Part shown: positions 63,971-64,000 of the stretch, one piece after another
Numbering within the stretch: the stretch's first letter is position 1
Layout: each line of letters opens with the position of its first letter
Assembly (NCBI RefSeq): GCF_001194135.2
Contig: NC_068989.1
Coordinates: 69,896,250-69,960,249 of the forward strand
Direction: 5' to 3'
Source: Octopus bimaculoides
Taxonomy: Eukaryota
DNA length: 64,000 nucleotides
The notes under the pieces: generated by a model
The model's input: only the letters and a program-made list of their open reading frames with translations
What the model was told of the DNA's origin: nothing
The model's database searches: none
Translations under genes and position numbers: made by a program

Positions 63971-64000
<30 letters not shown>

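Noticed and set aside
313-64000. Most short six-frame ORFs (YIYI, CVCV, THTH, poly-X and so on)
   Set aside because: Translations of microsatellites, N-gaps and SINE bodies.

Overview
AT-rich (microsatellite- and transposon-dense) animal genomic DNA with several N-gaps. The repeat families look like those of an octopod cephalopod (Octopus-like); this is inferred from repeat style only. The whole window lies inside one + strand gene, an alpha-TRPM (TRPM1/3/6/7-type) cation channel. Eight phase-compatible coding exons (6118-61022, 986 nt) encode part of the cytoplasmic N-terminal MHR region, from 'GVPV..VLEGG' to '[10 protein letters not shown]'; the gene start and the transmembrane exons are outside the window. 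The introns hold tRNA-derived SINEs, LINE fragments (R4-like, CR1-like, RTE-like), mariner and DD37D transposons, piggyBac/Tigger/hAT-like MITEs, Helitrons and Penelope-type termini. Most notable: (1) an apparently intact minimal hammerhead ribozyme on the sense strand of the pre-mRNA, inside a Penelope-type palindrome (30439-30484), plus two decayed relatives on the other strand; (2) two unannotated in-frame candidate cassette exons (3197-3238, 35239-35370) at positions where vertebrate TRPM3 and TRPM1 also carry inserts; (3) a probable GC-AG intron or coupled tandem donor/acceptor pair; (4) several long intronic inverted repeats that are plausible ADAR substrates. All translations and alignments were done by eye; no database searches were run.
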